Origin: Bacteroidales bacterium
GTDB taxonomy: Bacteria; Bacteroidota; Bacteroidia; Bacteroidales; VadinHA17
Length of the DNA: 64,000 nt
NCBI GenBank assembly: GCA_003141895.1
Contig: PLNT01000036.1
Span: 53,195-117,194 of the forward strand
Reading direction: 5' to 3'
The notes under the pieces are model-generated. The model was not told where the DNA came from and made no database searches. It saw only the letters and a program-made list of their open reading frames with translations. Position numbers and translations under genes: made by a program. Of this stretch, positions 29,086 through 39,500 are shown piece after piece. Positions within the stretch are counted from its first letter, which is position 1. Each line of letters starts with the position of its first letter.

Positions 29086-29165
29086 CAAAAAAAACAAAAG
29101 AAGGCAATTATCTTAAATTATGATAGTTGCCTTTTATGTAGGGAACGGTCGCGACCGTTCCCTAC
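29086..29165 (-). terminator. Double-hairpin terminator of the oxidoreductase gene
   Basis: A perfect 28 nt palindrome 'gtagggaacggtcgcgaccgttccctac' lies at 29138-29165. A second hairpin (aaggcaattatc/gatagttgcctt) at 29101-29133 is followed on the minus strand by a long T-run. Confidence 0.6.
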
Positions 29166-29191
29166 TATTTTAATGTAAGTTAAATATTGTT

Positions 29192-30682
29192 TTAAGGCAT
29201 TGCCGGTAAACTCCAGCCTGTGCGGTATGTATGTTTAATATAACCACTTGAAGCCTCAAGAGCATTGAATTTGGCAAACTGTTTATTGAAAGTAGGATTA
29301 CCATCTTTTACATTGAATTCATTGACAGTAACAACCTTCAGTATGTCAGAATCACTGATATTTGTGAATTTCATATTCTGAGCATCCCACTTAAGTGATC
29401 TGTTCAGAGACTGAAGCCTGATTGCAAGAACTCCAAGAAGTACCATTTCATTGAATGGACCAGAATAGGAAAAGTTAGATGTCGATTCAACTCTGCTGTC
29501 TGGCGATTCCTTGCAGGCACGGATCCAGTCCTGTTCATGGAAACCATCAATATATCCTGTAGCTCCCTGAATACGGCGAAGATAAGGTTTCACATCGGGC
29601 ACACGACCTGAGACCAGACGACTATTGAACCCTCCACAACCGCAAATCAACGTGTCTTTAGTTCCTACAAAAATACAACCACCCAAACCATCAGCCATCA
29701 GGTCAACTCCATCAGGAAGAATATCTGAAAATACAGGGTATAAACCACCATCATACCAATAAACCTTTACCGGCGGCATGCCAACTTTAGGCATCTTTTC
29801 ACGTGCAGGAAAAGAGAATTCGACGGTCTCTGCCTGTGGAGGTGATTCTGTATTTATTAGAGTTGAACTTCCGCGAACCTTATCGGGATAACCAAGTTTT
29901 AATGATTGATAGACAGGATCAAGAACATGGCAAGCCATATCACCAAAGGCACCTGTACCAAAATCCCACCAGCCACGCCAGTTCCATGGTGTATAAATAT
30001 CATTGAAAGGTCTCATTGGAGCAGGTCCGATAAACAGATCCCAGTTAAGTGTTTTTGGTACCGGCATTTCCACAGTCGGACGCTGTAATCCCTGCGGCCA
30101 TATCGGACGGTCTGTCCATGTATGAACCTCCTTTACCTCCCCTATTTCACCGTTCCATATCCATTCACACAGCTGACGAACACCATCGCCAGAATTACCC
30201 TGATTCCCCATCTGGGTAGCTACTTTATACTTTTTAGCCAATTTAGTAAGAAGACGTGATTCATAAACTGAATGGGTAAGCGGCTTCTGGCAGTATACAT
30301 GTTTTCCAAGTGTCAAAGCAGTAGCGGCTATTCCTGCATGTGAGTGGTCGGATGTAGCTACCATTACTCCATCAATTGATTTTCCCATTTCATCAAACAT
30401 CTTACGCCAGTCCCAATAGCGTTTTGCCTGCGGAAATTCTTTAAAACTTTTTTCTGCATATTTCCAGTCAACATCGCATAAGGCTACAATATTTTCTGTA
30501 TTCATTCCAACAAGATTCGGATGACCCTTTCCGCCGATGCCGACACCGGCGATATTGAGCTTGTCACTCGGGGCCTTATATCCCAGCCCGCTTATGACAT
30601 TCCTGGGAAGAATTGTTAACGCAGTAGCAGCAAATGCAGTCTTTTTCAAAAAATCGCGTCGTGAATTAGCTAGATTTGACAT
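29192..30682 (-). CDS. Gfo/Idh/MocA-family oxidoreductase with a twin-arginine signal
   Basis: The TAT motif is 'SRRDFLKKTAFAATA'. The Rossmann start is 'LNIAGVGIGGKG'. Confidence 0.85.
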   Translation of the reverse strand: MSNLANSRRDFLKKTAFAATALTILPRNVISGLGYKAPSDKLNIAGVGIGGKGHPNLVGMNTENIVALCDVDWKYAEKSFKEFPQAKRYWDWRKMFDEMGKSIDGVMVATSDHSHAGIAATALTLGKHVYCQKPLTHSVYESRLLTKLAKKYKVATQMGNQGNSGDGVRQLCEWIWNGEIGEVKEVHTWTDRPIWPQGLQRPTVEMPVPKTLNWDLFIGPAPMRPFNDIYTPWNWRGWWDFGTGAFGDMACHVLDPVYQSLKLGYPDKVRGSSTLINTESPPQAETVEFSFPAREKMPKVGMPPVKVYWYDGGLYPVFSDILPDGVDLMADGLGGCIFVGTKDTLICGCGGFNSRLVSGRVPDVKPYLRRIQGATGYIDGFHEQDWIRACKESPDSRVESTSNFSYSGPFNEMVLLGVLAIRLQSLNRSLKWDAQNMKFTNISDSDILKVVTVNEFNVKDGNPTFNKQFAKFNALEASSGYIKHTYRTGWSLPAMP

Positions 30683-30842
30683 GTCTTAATTATTAAGTAG
30701 TATTAAAGTTTTTATCAACAAAAACTGAAAATTGTTATTGAAGCAATTTTTGTATAATCATTTTCATTTTTGAATAGTTCCCGGTTATCAAAGCTAATAA
30801 TTTATTGATTCAATTAATTGTTACTTTCTGTCGACAAATATG

Positions 30843-31688
30843 TCAATTCTGTTTTGTTGATTCGTAATGTTCAACAAATCTCATTGCAAAATCATCCCGT
30901 CCGAGAATAAGATCCGTGGCTCGCACTGCCGAAGTAATTTTTTCAGGGTTTGCAATCGGGCATGTCAGCCCCGCCCTGATAGCAAGAACCATAAATGCTA
31001 TATTCAGCATTTCTCTTGAAGGCAGACCAAATGAAATATTACTTGCACCCTGGGTTATATTCGAACCAAGTTTTTCATGAATCAATTTGATTGTTTCCAA
31101 AGTTACCATACATGCCTGTGGATCAGCACTGATTGCCATCGCCAGGGGATCTATAATAACATCTTCTTCCCTGATTCCTGTTCTTACAGCCCTGTTAAGA
31201 ATTTTTTCTGCGATTGCCAGTCTTTTAAACGGATCATGTGTAATTCCTTCATCATCCATTGTTAAAGCGATAATTGCCGAACCATATTCTTTAGCAACCG
31301 GAAGAAAAGAGTTCATCGATTTTTCTTCGCCATTAACTGAATTGATCAGGCATTTACCCAGGACTACCTTCAGGGCTGCCTCAATAGCACGAGAATTTGG
31401 AGAATCAAGACATAGAGGTATGTCATAGCGGTTCTGCAATTGTTTTACTGTCTCAGGAAGTAGTTTTACATCATCAACACCAGGAAAACCAACATTTACA
31501 TCAAGTATATCTGCCATTGCATCTATCTGATTACCGGCCAGTTCAAGAACATATTCAAAATTACCTTCCTGCAACGTTGAGACAAGTTTCTTTCGCCGGG
31601 TAGGATTTATACATTCACCGATAATAATTACGGGCCCTTCGGTATTAATAATTACCTCATTCTTTTTACCGGACAGTACTGTTTTCAT
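30843..31688 (-). CDS. Pterin-binding methyltetrahydrofolate:corrinoid methyltransferase (MtrH/AcsE-like)
   Basis: Its size and the sequences 'IIGECINPT', 'LDVNVG' and 'CLDSPN' fit a pterin-binding TIM barrel. Its start overlaps by 1 nt the stop of the upstream corrinoid protein gene. Confidence 0.7.
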   Translation of the reverse strand: MKTVLSGKKNEVIINTEGPVIIIGECINPTRRKKLVSTLQEGNFEYVLELAGNQIDAMADILDVNVGFPGVDDVKLLPETVKQLQNRYDIPLCLDSPNSRAIEAALKVVLGKCLINSVNGEEKSMNSFLPVAKEYGSAIIALTMDDEGITHDPFKRLAIAEKILNRAVRTGIREEDVIIDPLAMAISADPQACMVTLETIKLIHEKLGSNITQGASNISFGLPSREMLNIAFMVLAIRAGLTCPIANPEKITSAVRATDLILGRDDFAMRFVEHYESTKQN

Positions 31689-32362
31689 TATATACTTAAT
31701 CTCATTCTGTTTAAGAAATTGACAGCTCCCTGTGGATCGGGTGAATAAAAGTCAGCTCCGATCTTTTTGCAATAATCGTGCGTAACAGGAGCACCTCCCA
31801 CCAGTATCTTTGTGTCCTTATGTTTTGATTTTATTTCACTTACTATCATTTTCATGTTTTCCATAGTAGTAGTAAGAAGTGCAGACAGTCCGACTGCTGC
31901 ATCGGGTTTCTCCTTGAGAGCATTCAGAAATTTTTCACTGCTTACATCCACACCGAGATCGATTACTTCCCAGCCCCCTCCTTCAACCATCATTGATACA
32001 AGGTTTTTACCAATATCATGAAGATCTCCGGTTACAGTACCTATTATAAAAGTTCCTTTCCTCCTTGTTTCACCCGATTGAAAAAAGGGCTTCAGATGAA
32101 TCATTGCACCACTCATTGCTTTTGCTGACATCAGCATTTGAGGGACGTATATCTCTTTGCGACTGAATTTATTACCTACATTTGCCATAGCAGGAATTAA
32201 TGCTTTTTCAAGTATCTCATCAGGTTTAAACCCTTGTTGAAGTGCTTTTTTTGAAAGTTCATCGGCACCATCCTGGTCCTTCATACCTGGCGGGTAAGGA
32301 GAGGATTTGTTAATCTTGCCCGCTTCAACACAAAGCGAAATCTGATTTAAAATATCATTCAT
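31688..32362 (-). CDS. Corrinoid (B12-binding) protein
   Basis: It has the DxHxxG motif 'GDLHDIGKNLV' and a B12-binding Rossmann region 'ILVGGAP'. Confidence 0.8.
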   Translation of the reverse strand: MNDILNQISLCVEAGKINKSSPYPPGMKDQDGADELSKKALQQGFKPDEILEKALIPAMANVGNKFSRKEIYVPQMLMSAKAMSGAMIHLKPFFQSGETRRKGTFIIGTVTGDLHDIGKNLVSMMVEGGGWEVIDLGVDVSSEKFLNALKEKPDAAVGLSALLTTTMENMKMIVSEIKSKHKDTKILVGGAPVTHDYCKKIGADFYSPDPQGAVNFLNRMRLSI

Positions 32363-32437
32363 TTTTTTCTTTTTTAAAACGTTTTGGATATCTGATAAAA
32401 CAATCTGTATCGGTATATTAATTTCCCCCGCAAATAC

Positions 32438-33697
32438 CTAGGAGCCATTAACCTTTTCCAATCCTGTAAAAATGGCAACAATATTTTCAACCGGTACATT
32501 GGCTTGTATATTATGAATTGTATTGAAAACAAAGCCTCCGTCTTTTGAGAAAATATCACAAAGTTCAATTACCTGTGCTTCTACCTGTGAAGGAGTCCCG
32601 AAAGGCAATACTTTCTGTGTATCTATTCCGCCACCCCAGAATACAAGCTTTTCGCCATATTTTTGCTTCAAAGTTTTGGGGTCCATTCCCGATGCATTGA
32701 TCTGAACTGGATTAATAATATCAATACCTGCTCTTATAAAACTATCCATAAAAGGTTCCACCGCTCCGCAGGAATGCTTAAATGTCTTCCATGTAGTATG
32801 TTCGTGGATCCAGTCGGTCATTTTTTTGTACCATGGAAGATATAACTCATCGAATGTTTCAGTTGAACAGAACGATGAAGTCTGAGTGCCAAAATCAGTT
32901 CCGCAAAGGAAAACTGCATCTATATCATTTCCGATCACTTCAAATAACCTGCGGAAATTTTCAAGTGCAATCTCAACTTGTTTTTCAAATATGAATTTTA
33001 TATAATCAGGTCTCATTAATGTTGACAGGTACCACTCTGTAATATCGCGGATGCCTTTAGGATGTTTGAGAAAAGGGGCAGGCACCAGTGCAATATCACC
33101 GAGACCTGTCCCACCGAAGTTAGCAATAACCCCTTTTCCCGAATCTTTCAGCTTCCTGATATTGTCAGACCAATATGTTAAGTCATCATTTGTAAGGAGC
33201 TGGAATTCTTCAATGTTATCGATTGGATTAAGTTCTTCCTCAATAAATGGTTCCTGACGGATTATCGAATCAAAAAAATATCCTGCCTTTGGCATCTTCC
33301 CGCTGGGTCCAACCGTTTTGTCACCCTCAGGAAAAATAATCAGATCACCATTTGGATCAACTTCTGTAATAAATTTTCCCGGAACAATGAGTGTTTGTCC
33401 CCAGAAAGTTCTGAATTCTTTCCAGTTCTCATTGGGAAATCCAAATAGCGAATTTTTGGCAGGAATACCTGCAACATCGAGATGAAGAATTTCTGCAAGA
33501 TCATCTTCAACTTCTCCAAGCATCTGATATGGTTCTATCAATCTCACGGGATGATAATCCAATCCATAATATTTCCTGAGATTTTCAATTGCAAGAACAT
33601 GAATACCGGTAACGGATGTAGACCCTATGTCAACCGGTATTTTATCGGGTTGTCTATGATTAAGCGAAGCTATAAGCCGGTCTTTGGAAGTACTCAT
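32438..33697 (-). CDS. Uroporphyrinogen-decarboxylase-family (MtaA/CmuA-like) methyltransferase
   Basis: The URO-D-like N-terminus is 'RLIASLNHRQPDKIPVD'. The length and its position next to a corrinoid protein fit this call. Confidence 0.65.
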   Translation of the reverse strand: MSTSKDRLIASLNHRQPDKIPVDIGSTSVTGIHVLAIENLRKYYGLDYHPVRLIEPYQMLGEVEDDLAEILHLDVAGIPAKNSLFGFPNENWKEFRTFWGQTLIVPGKFITEVDPNGDLIIFPEGDKTVGPSGKMPKAGYFFDSIIRQEPFIEEELNPIDNIEEFQLLTNDDLTYWSDNIRKLKDSGKGVIANFGGTGLGDIALVPAPFLKHPKGIRDITEWYLSTLMRPDYIKFIFEKQVEIALENFRRLFEVIGNDIDAVFLCGTDFGTQTSSFCSTETFDELYLPWYKKMTDWIHEHTTWKTFKHSCGAVEPFMDSFIRAGIDIINPVQINASGMDPKTLKQKYGEKLVFWGGGIDTQKVLPFGTPSQVEAQVIELCDIFSKDGGFVFNTIHNIQANVPVENIVAIFTGLEKVNGS

Positions 33698-33723
33698 TAT
33701 ATTATAAGTTTAAATACACTCTA

Positions 33724-35433
33724 TTAAAATAGTCCTGTAATCTTACCATCATTGTCAATGTCAATCTTTTCAGCAGAAGGGGCCGATGGTAATCCGGGCA
33801 TTCTCATAATAGTGCCGGCTATCGGCACAATAAATCCTGCTCCGGACGAAATTTCGACCTCTCTTATTTTAAATGTAAATCCTCGCGGACGATTCTTCAT
33901 ATCCTGATCATCGGAGAGCGATTTCTGGGTTTTTGCAATACAAACGGCCAGATCACCCAAACCCAGTTTTTCTATATTCGTAAGTTGCTGCCTTGCAAGT
34001 GTTGAGTATTCAACATGATCTGCTCCATACATTTTTTTGGCTATAGTTTCTATCTTCCTTTCAAATGACCATTTAAGATCATAAAGAGGTATAAAACCAT
34101 TAGTATGATGTTCTACCTGGTTAACAAGTATTTCAGCAAGCTTAATTGCACCGGCTCCTCCTTTTCCCCAGGCTTCATTGATTGCAACCGGAATATTTAT
34201 TGATTTACAATGACTTACAAGTAATTCTAACTCGGCTTCAGTATCGGTATCAAATTTATTTATAGCTATTACCGGATTAAAACCATAAAACTCCATGTTT
34301 TCAATATGCTTATCAAGATTATCAAATCCAAGGCACAGCCTTACCAGGTCTTCATTATGAGTATCAGCGAGTTTCTGACCTCCATGATATTTTAGGGCAC
34401 GGATTGTAGCAACAATCACAACAGCATGAGTATGCAGATTACCAAACCGTGATTTTATGTTGAAGAATTTTTCGGCTCCAAGTTCACTGGCAAAACCCGA
34501 TTCGGTCACAACATAATCACTAAGTGATAATCCGGTTTTTGTGGCAATTATTGAATTAGTCCCCTGTGCAATATTTGCAAACGGGCCTCCATGAATAATT
34601 GCCGGCGTACCCTCGAGAGTCTGTACCAGATTAGGCTTAATGGCATCTTTAAGAAGTACTGTCATGGCTCCCTGGGCTTTCAGGTCACGTGCAAATACAG
34701 GTACTTTTCCATAAGTATATCCTATAAAAATATTGCCAAGGCGTTCCTTCAAGTCCCTGAGACTGTTTGCAATACAAAGGGTGGCCATTACTTCCGAGGC
34801 AGCTGTTATATTAAAACCTGACTCACGTGGTACGCCCTGCATTGTACCGCCGATTCCTATGATGATTTCCCGTAGGGACCTTTCGTTCATATCGGTAACC
34901 CTTTTCCAGGTAATTGTACGTGGATCAATATTAAGATTACCTTCAGTAAGTTGAATATTGTTATCAATCAGGGCAGCGAGAAGGTTATTGGATTTTTCGA
35001 TGGCTGCCATATCACCGGTAAAATGAAGATTGATTTCTTCCATAGGTATTACCTGTGAATATCCGCCTCCTGTAGCACCTCCTTTTATTCCGAAGACAGG
35101 ACCGAGTGAGGGTTCCCGGAGAACGACGGTGGTCTTCTTCCCTATCAGATTAAGTGCCTGTGCAATACCAATGGATGTTGTGGTTTTTCCTTCACCGGCC
35201 GGTGTAGGAGTTATTGCCGTTACAAGTATCAGCTTTGCTCGTTTAATCTTCTCCTCATTAATAAAATGCAAAGGGATCTTAGCTTTGAATTTGCCATAAG
35301 ATTCCAACTCATTCCTGGGTATACCCAGAATATCCCCTATTTCGGTTATTGGCTTTATATTTACTTCCTGTGCTATTTCAATGTCCCTTTTCATATTCAA
35401 TCTCCCGGGAAATTTATCTATTGATAATTTCAA
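33724..35433 (-). CDS. fhs: Formate-tetrahydrofolate ligase
   Basis: It has 'ITPTPAGEGKTTTSIGI' and 'HGGPFANIAQGTNS'. The true start is probably the internal 'MKRDIEIAQ'. Confidence 0.9.
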   Translation of the reverse strand: MKLSIDKFPGRLNMKRDIEIAQEVNIKPITEIGDILGIPRNELESYGKFKAKIPLHFINEEKIKRAKLILVTAITPTPAGEGKTTTSIGIAQALNLIGKKTTVVLREPSLGPVFGIKGGATGGGYSQVIPMEEINLHFTGDMAAIEKSNNLLAALIDNNIQLTEGNLNIDPRTITWKRVTDMNERSLREIIIGIGGTMQGVPRESGFNITAASEVMATLCIANSLRDLKERLGNIFIGYTYGKVPVFARDLKAQGAMTVLLKDAIKPNLVQTLEGTPAIIHGGPFANIAQGTNSIIATKTGLSLSDYVVTESGFASELGAEKFFNIKSRFGNLHTHAVVIVATIRALKYHGGQKLADTHNEDLVRLCLGFDNLDKHIENMEFYGFNPVIAINKFDTDTEAELELLVSHCKSINIPVAINEAWGKGGAGAIKLAEILVNQVEHHTNGFIPLYDLKWSFERKIETIAKKMYGADHVEYSTLARQQLTNIEKLGLGDLAVCIAKTQKSLSDDQDMKNRPRGFTFKIREVEISSGAGFIVPIAGTIMRMPGLPSAPSAEKIDIDNDGKITGLF

Positions 35434-35527
35434 AAATAATGGCTGTCTTTTTGGTAGTCCACATCAATTTTTACTACTTTCGATGCTATATTAACATTTA
35501 ACCCTTTTTCGGTAAATTTATTACCAT

Positions 35528-36385
35528 ATGCCTGCCTTATTTGAGAAAATAACTGTAAAAGCTGATGAGTCATTTTCCATCGGAGTTTTTCAGGATAATC
35601 TTGAGAAAAGCACCTGGCATTATCATAATAATTTTGAGATCAGTTTCATAACTGAAGGATCGGGGAAGCGCATTGTAGCTGATTCCATTGAGGAATTTCA
35701 ACCCGGCGACCTTGCATTTATAGGGCCGAAATTGCCGCATGTCTGGCTGGCTGACAAGGAAGTAAAAACGTTGACAGCACGTTCTCTTGAAATGGTATTT
35801 CTGCAGTTTAATTCAAATGTTTTATCCCCCCAGTTATTACTCCTTCCCGAATTCAGCAATATTAAAAAAGCTCTTGATATGTCTGAAAGAGGAATTCAGA
35901 TAATAGGCGGCAGCCTCAATGAAGTAAGTGAAATAATGCTGCAACTGCCATACCTTAAAAGTTTTGACCGTATGCTTCATTTCTTTCTGCTCATGGATAT
36001 TATAGGGAAAAGTGAAACGAATAAACCTCTGGCAACTAAGGAGTATCTGGCAAAACGTTTTACAACAGGTAATAAAAGAATAGCGACAATTCACGAGTAC
36101 CTGATGAACAACTATCGTGAAGATATTGATCTCAGCAAATTAGCAACACTCGTCAGTATGGCTGAAGGTTCGCTTTGCCGGTTTTTTAAAATGAATATGG
36201 GGATCACCCTTTTTGAATATCTCAACCAGATTAAAACTGAATTCGCCTGTAAACTGTTGATGAATAAAGATCTGAGTATCCTGGAGATCTGTCTCGACAG
36301 CGGATTCAACAATATCAGTCATTTCAATAAACAGTTCAAAAAAATTACAGGAGTACCACCTTCGGAATACAGGAAAAGGTTTTAA
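35528..36385 (+). CDS. AraC-family transcriptional regulator (cupin plus HTH)
   Basis: The C-terminus 'FNNISHFNKQFKKITGVPPSEYRK' is AraC-like. It is transcribed divergently from the fhs/corrinoid operon. Confidence 0.85.
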   Translation: MPALFEKITVKADESFSIGVFQDNLEKSTWHYHNNFEISFITEGSGKRIVADSIEEFQPGDLAFIGPKLPHVWLADKEVKTLTARSLEMVFLQFNSNVLSPQLLLLPEFSNIKKALDMSERGIQIIGGSLNEVSEIMLQLPYLKSFDRMLHFFLLMDIIGKSETNKPLATKEYLAKRFTTGNKRIATIHEYLMNNYREDIDLSKLATLVSMAEGSLCRFFKMNMGITLFEYLNQIKTEFACKLLMNKDLSILEICLDSGFNNISHFNKQFKKITGVPPSEYRKRF

Positions 36386-36525
36386 ACAAGTCGCCCCCTG
36401 TTGAGCCCCCTGCTCCCTAAAGGGGGGTAATTCTCAGTCTATTAATAATTTCATCAAGGATACCTAATTGGTCCCCATTTAGGGGGACAGCCGCGCAGCG
36501 GCAGGGGGTCGTATTCATGTGAAAT
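36386..36525. repeat. GC-rich poly-C/poly-G hairpin element between convergent genes
   Basis: The outer inverted pair is 'ccccctgc' / 'gcaggggg'. Internal hairpins are 'gtcccc attta ggggac' and 'gccgc gca gcggc'. Confidence 0.6.
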
Positions 36526-39500
36526 TTATTTCTTGCTAGGTTTATATTTTGAATACGCCACAAAAGACAGAGCCGCTAAAAGAATAACTACAATATAAAC
36601 GAATGACGGCACTGTTGCTGCCTCGCCTGATGCGTAAGAATGCATTCCTGATAAATAGTAGTTAACGCCGAAATATGTCATTAGAACCCCGGAAAATGCA
36701 AAGAGAGAGAGAAGATTAAACGTGAAGATATCTTTCATCCCTGGTATTCTCCTGCTATGGATGACAATACTATATATTATTATAGTTATAAGTGACCATG
36801 TTTCTTTTGGATCCCATCCCCAGTATCTCCCCCATGATTCATTAGCCCATACCGCTCCCAGGAATGTTCCAATTGTAAGAAGGTAAAGGCCAATTGTGAG
36901 AGTCTTAAAATTTATTACAGTCAGTTCATCTATGGTGTCTGAAATCCTGTCACGGTTCTTATCTTTCGACAGTGCGAGAAGTATAAGAGTAATAAGACCA
37001 AGAATGGCACCTACTCCAAGGAATCCATAACTGCTTATTATTACGGAAACGTGCAGAGTGAGCCAATAGGATTTAAGTACCGGGACAAGATTTGTTATCT
37101 CCGGATCCATAAAGCTCATATGAGCCACCATCAGTGTCATCGAAGCAAGTACAGCAGAAGCAGACAGGGCAAATGCTGATTTACGGCTGAAAATAAATCC
37201 TGCAAGAAGGGTTGCCCACGAAATGAAGACCATTGATTCATAACCATTGCTCATAGGTGAATGGCCTGCTATATACCATCTCATTCCGATCCCGATTGTA
37301 TGAAACAGGAATCCGGCAAACAACAGTCCGCTAAGGATTTGCACAAAAAGAGAAGTAGATTTTCTACCTCTGATTACCATGGTTATAAGTCCGATAAGCA
37401 TAACCAGCCCCACCGTAGCATAAAAAGGAAAGAGCTTTTCAAAGATCCCTAGACGGTAGTATAATAGCTCGGTATTTGTTTTTGAATCAGATGGCAGCTC
37501 GTAGTGAGAGTACTTTTTCTGATAAGTACTGATTGTTTCAGTGAGCAGTCTGGCTGATGCTATATTGTTTGTTTGCAGAGCATCAGACAGGAGCGGAATA
37601 ACATTTTTAAGGAAAACGGAATCCTCCGTATTTGCATTCACAGCAGCTTCCTGCGGTGTCACCCATGTATGAGTACTATCCCTCAGAGGAAGAAGTTTCA
37701 TGAAATCGCCTTTGTAGATCATGTAAATTATATTCACTCTCTCATCTACTTTCATTATTTCCTTGTCAACTTTATTTCTTTCGCTTGGTGCTTTCGAATA
37801 AGCAGAATTGACCTCAGCGGAAATTTTATATGTCCCGTTATTATCGAGATTAACAAGATCAGAGAACGCGGCGAATTTGCCTCTGATACCCAGGCTCTTC
37901 TGCAAATCAGTGCTTGATATCCTGATCATCGGGACATCCTTCCAGTTTTTGAAATCGAGATATATGCCAAGAAAAACTTGCATGGAGGTCAACCCTTCGA
38001 ATTCATTTTCCCGGGTTACCTTTCTCAGAATATCGTTGCTTAATGTGAAAAGAGGTTTAGTCCTTCCTTTCTGGTCCTGTACAAGAACTTTTCCAAACTC
38101 CATTGCAACAGGTTTCTCAGGAATCAGTTTCTGCGCATTGACATTTGTTGCGCCTGATAATAACAGAATAAACAGGAATGCGGGAACAGTTTTTCTGATA
38201 GCTGAATTCCAGTGGCCTGCGGTTACAGTACGAAACATTGTGTTTTTACTCAGTAATGACAATAGAATGAAAAAGAAAAGTAACGCATACCCGGTATAGG
38301 TCACCAACATCCCGGCCATATCACGATTCACAGAAAGTACGGTACCTTGTTCATCGCGGTCGAATGAGGACTGATAAAAACGGTACCCTTTATATTTCAG
38401 AATATTATTCATGAAAATCATGAAGGGTTTTTCAACATTTGCTGCCTTATCAATTATTACAACATCACTCTTGTAGCCTGAAGGACTCGTTGAACCAGGA
38501 TATCTTTCAAGAATAAATTTGTTCAGTTTAATAACAAACGGAAGAGTTGTGGCCTTCGGACCGTAACTGAGTTCAAAGGTATTCCCTTCAAATTCAACTG
38601 AAGCTGAAGCAATGTTCCCGTTTTCTTCATCCCTGTCCCATAAATAAACTGTAGCCGATTTATTGCCGTTTATCAAATGAAAAATAAAAGCATTAAGCCC
38701 TGTTGTCTGTTCCTCCGGTTTAACTGCTATTGCTTTTATGACACCAGTCTGAGACATTTGCTGGGGCACTATTTTAACATTGTTTACCGTTAAAATCTGC
38801 ATCGGTCTCAATTCCACCGGTTTGCCCTTCTCCAGAGTAGTTACCTCCTGAGTCATCATGCTCATCATTCCAAGATTTAAACCTGATGAAATAAAAAACT
38901 TACCAGACTCCACCGAAATGTTTATATCAGCCGGTTGAGCCGATCCAAACTCAAATGTTAGTCCATTAGATGTTTTTGTTTCTCCTCTTTGAAGAATCAA
39001 AGTCTCTCTTTCCATCATGTTCGTAACGATCAATGAAATGATCGGCACTCCCTGCGGACTGTCAGTGATTTGTTCAGACGCATTAGGAATAAACTTCGCA
39101 AGAATTATTTTGTAATCAGTACCATTAATTTTGACTGTTTTTTTAAAGTTTTCTGCAGAAACAGACGTCATAGAATATTTTTGGCTATGGCTTCCGATAA
39201 TAGCCCCACTAATATTTTTAACAGAGTATCCTATATATTTTTCTGTTGAAAAACATTGCTGCTGTTCCTGTCCATTACGAATATGAATTGTTCCTTCCCA
39301 GCCAAAATATCTGGTTATTCCTGCGCCGAAAAGCATCAGGATAAAGGATAGATGAAACAGGGCAACAGAGAGTTTTTCTTTCTTCAGAAGTTTAAGCGTA
39401 ATTACCTGCCCAACTAAATTTAATGCCAGAAGCAGCAGAATAAGCTCGAACCATTTTGCATTATAAACCATATTATACGCAGCTGACGAGCCTAAATCAT

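Noticed and set aside
28944-29190. tRNA gene as the integration target next to the integrase
   Set aside because: I looked for acceptor, T-arm ('GGTTCGAATCC'-like) and cloverleaf features and found none convincing. The hairpins present are better explained as the terminator of the oxidoreductase gene. A proper tRNAscan run is still advisable.
37261-38299. Three plus-strand ORFs (63-163 aa) inside ccsBA
   Set aside because: They are antisense shadows of a well-supported 1022 aa gene and have no motifs.
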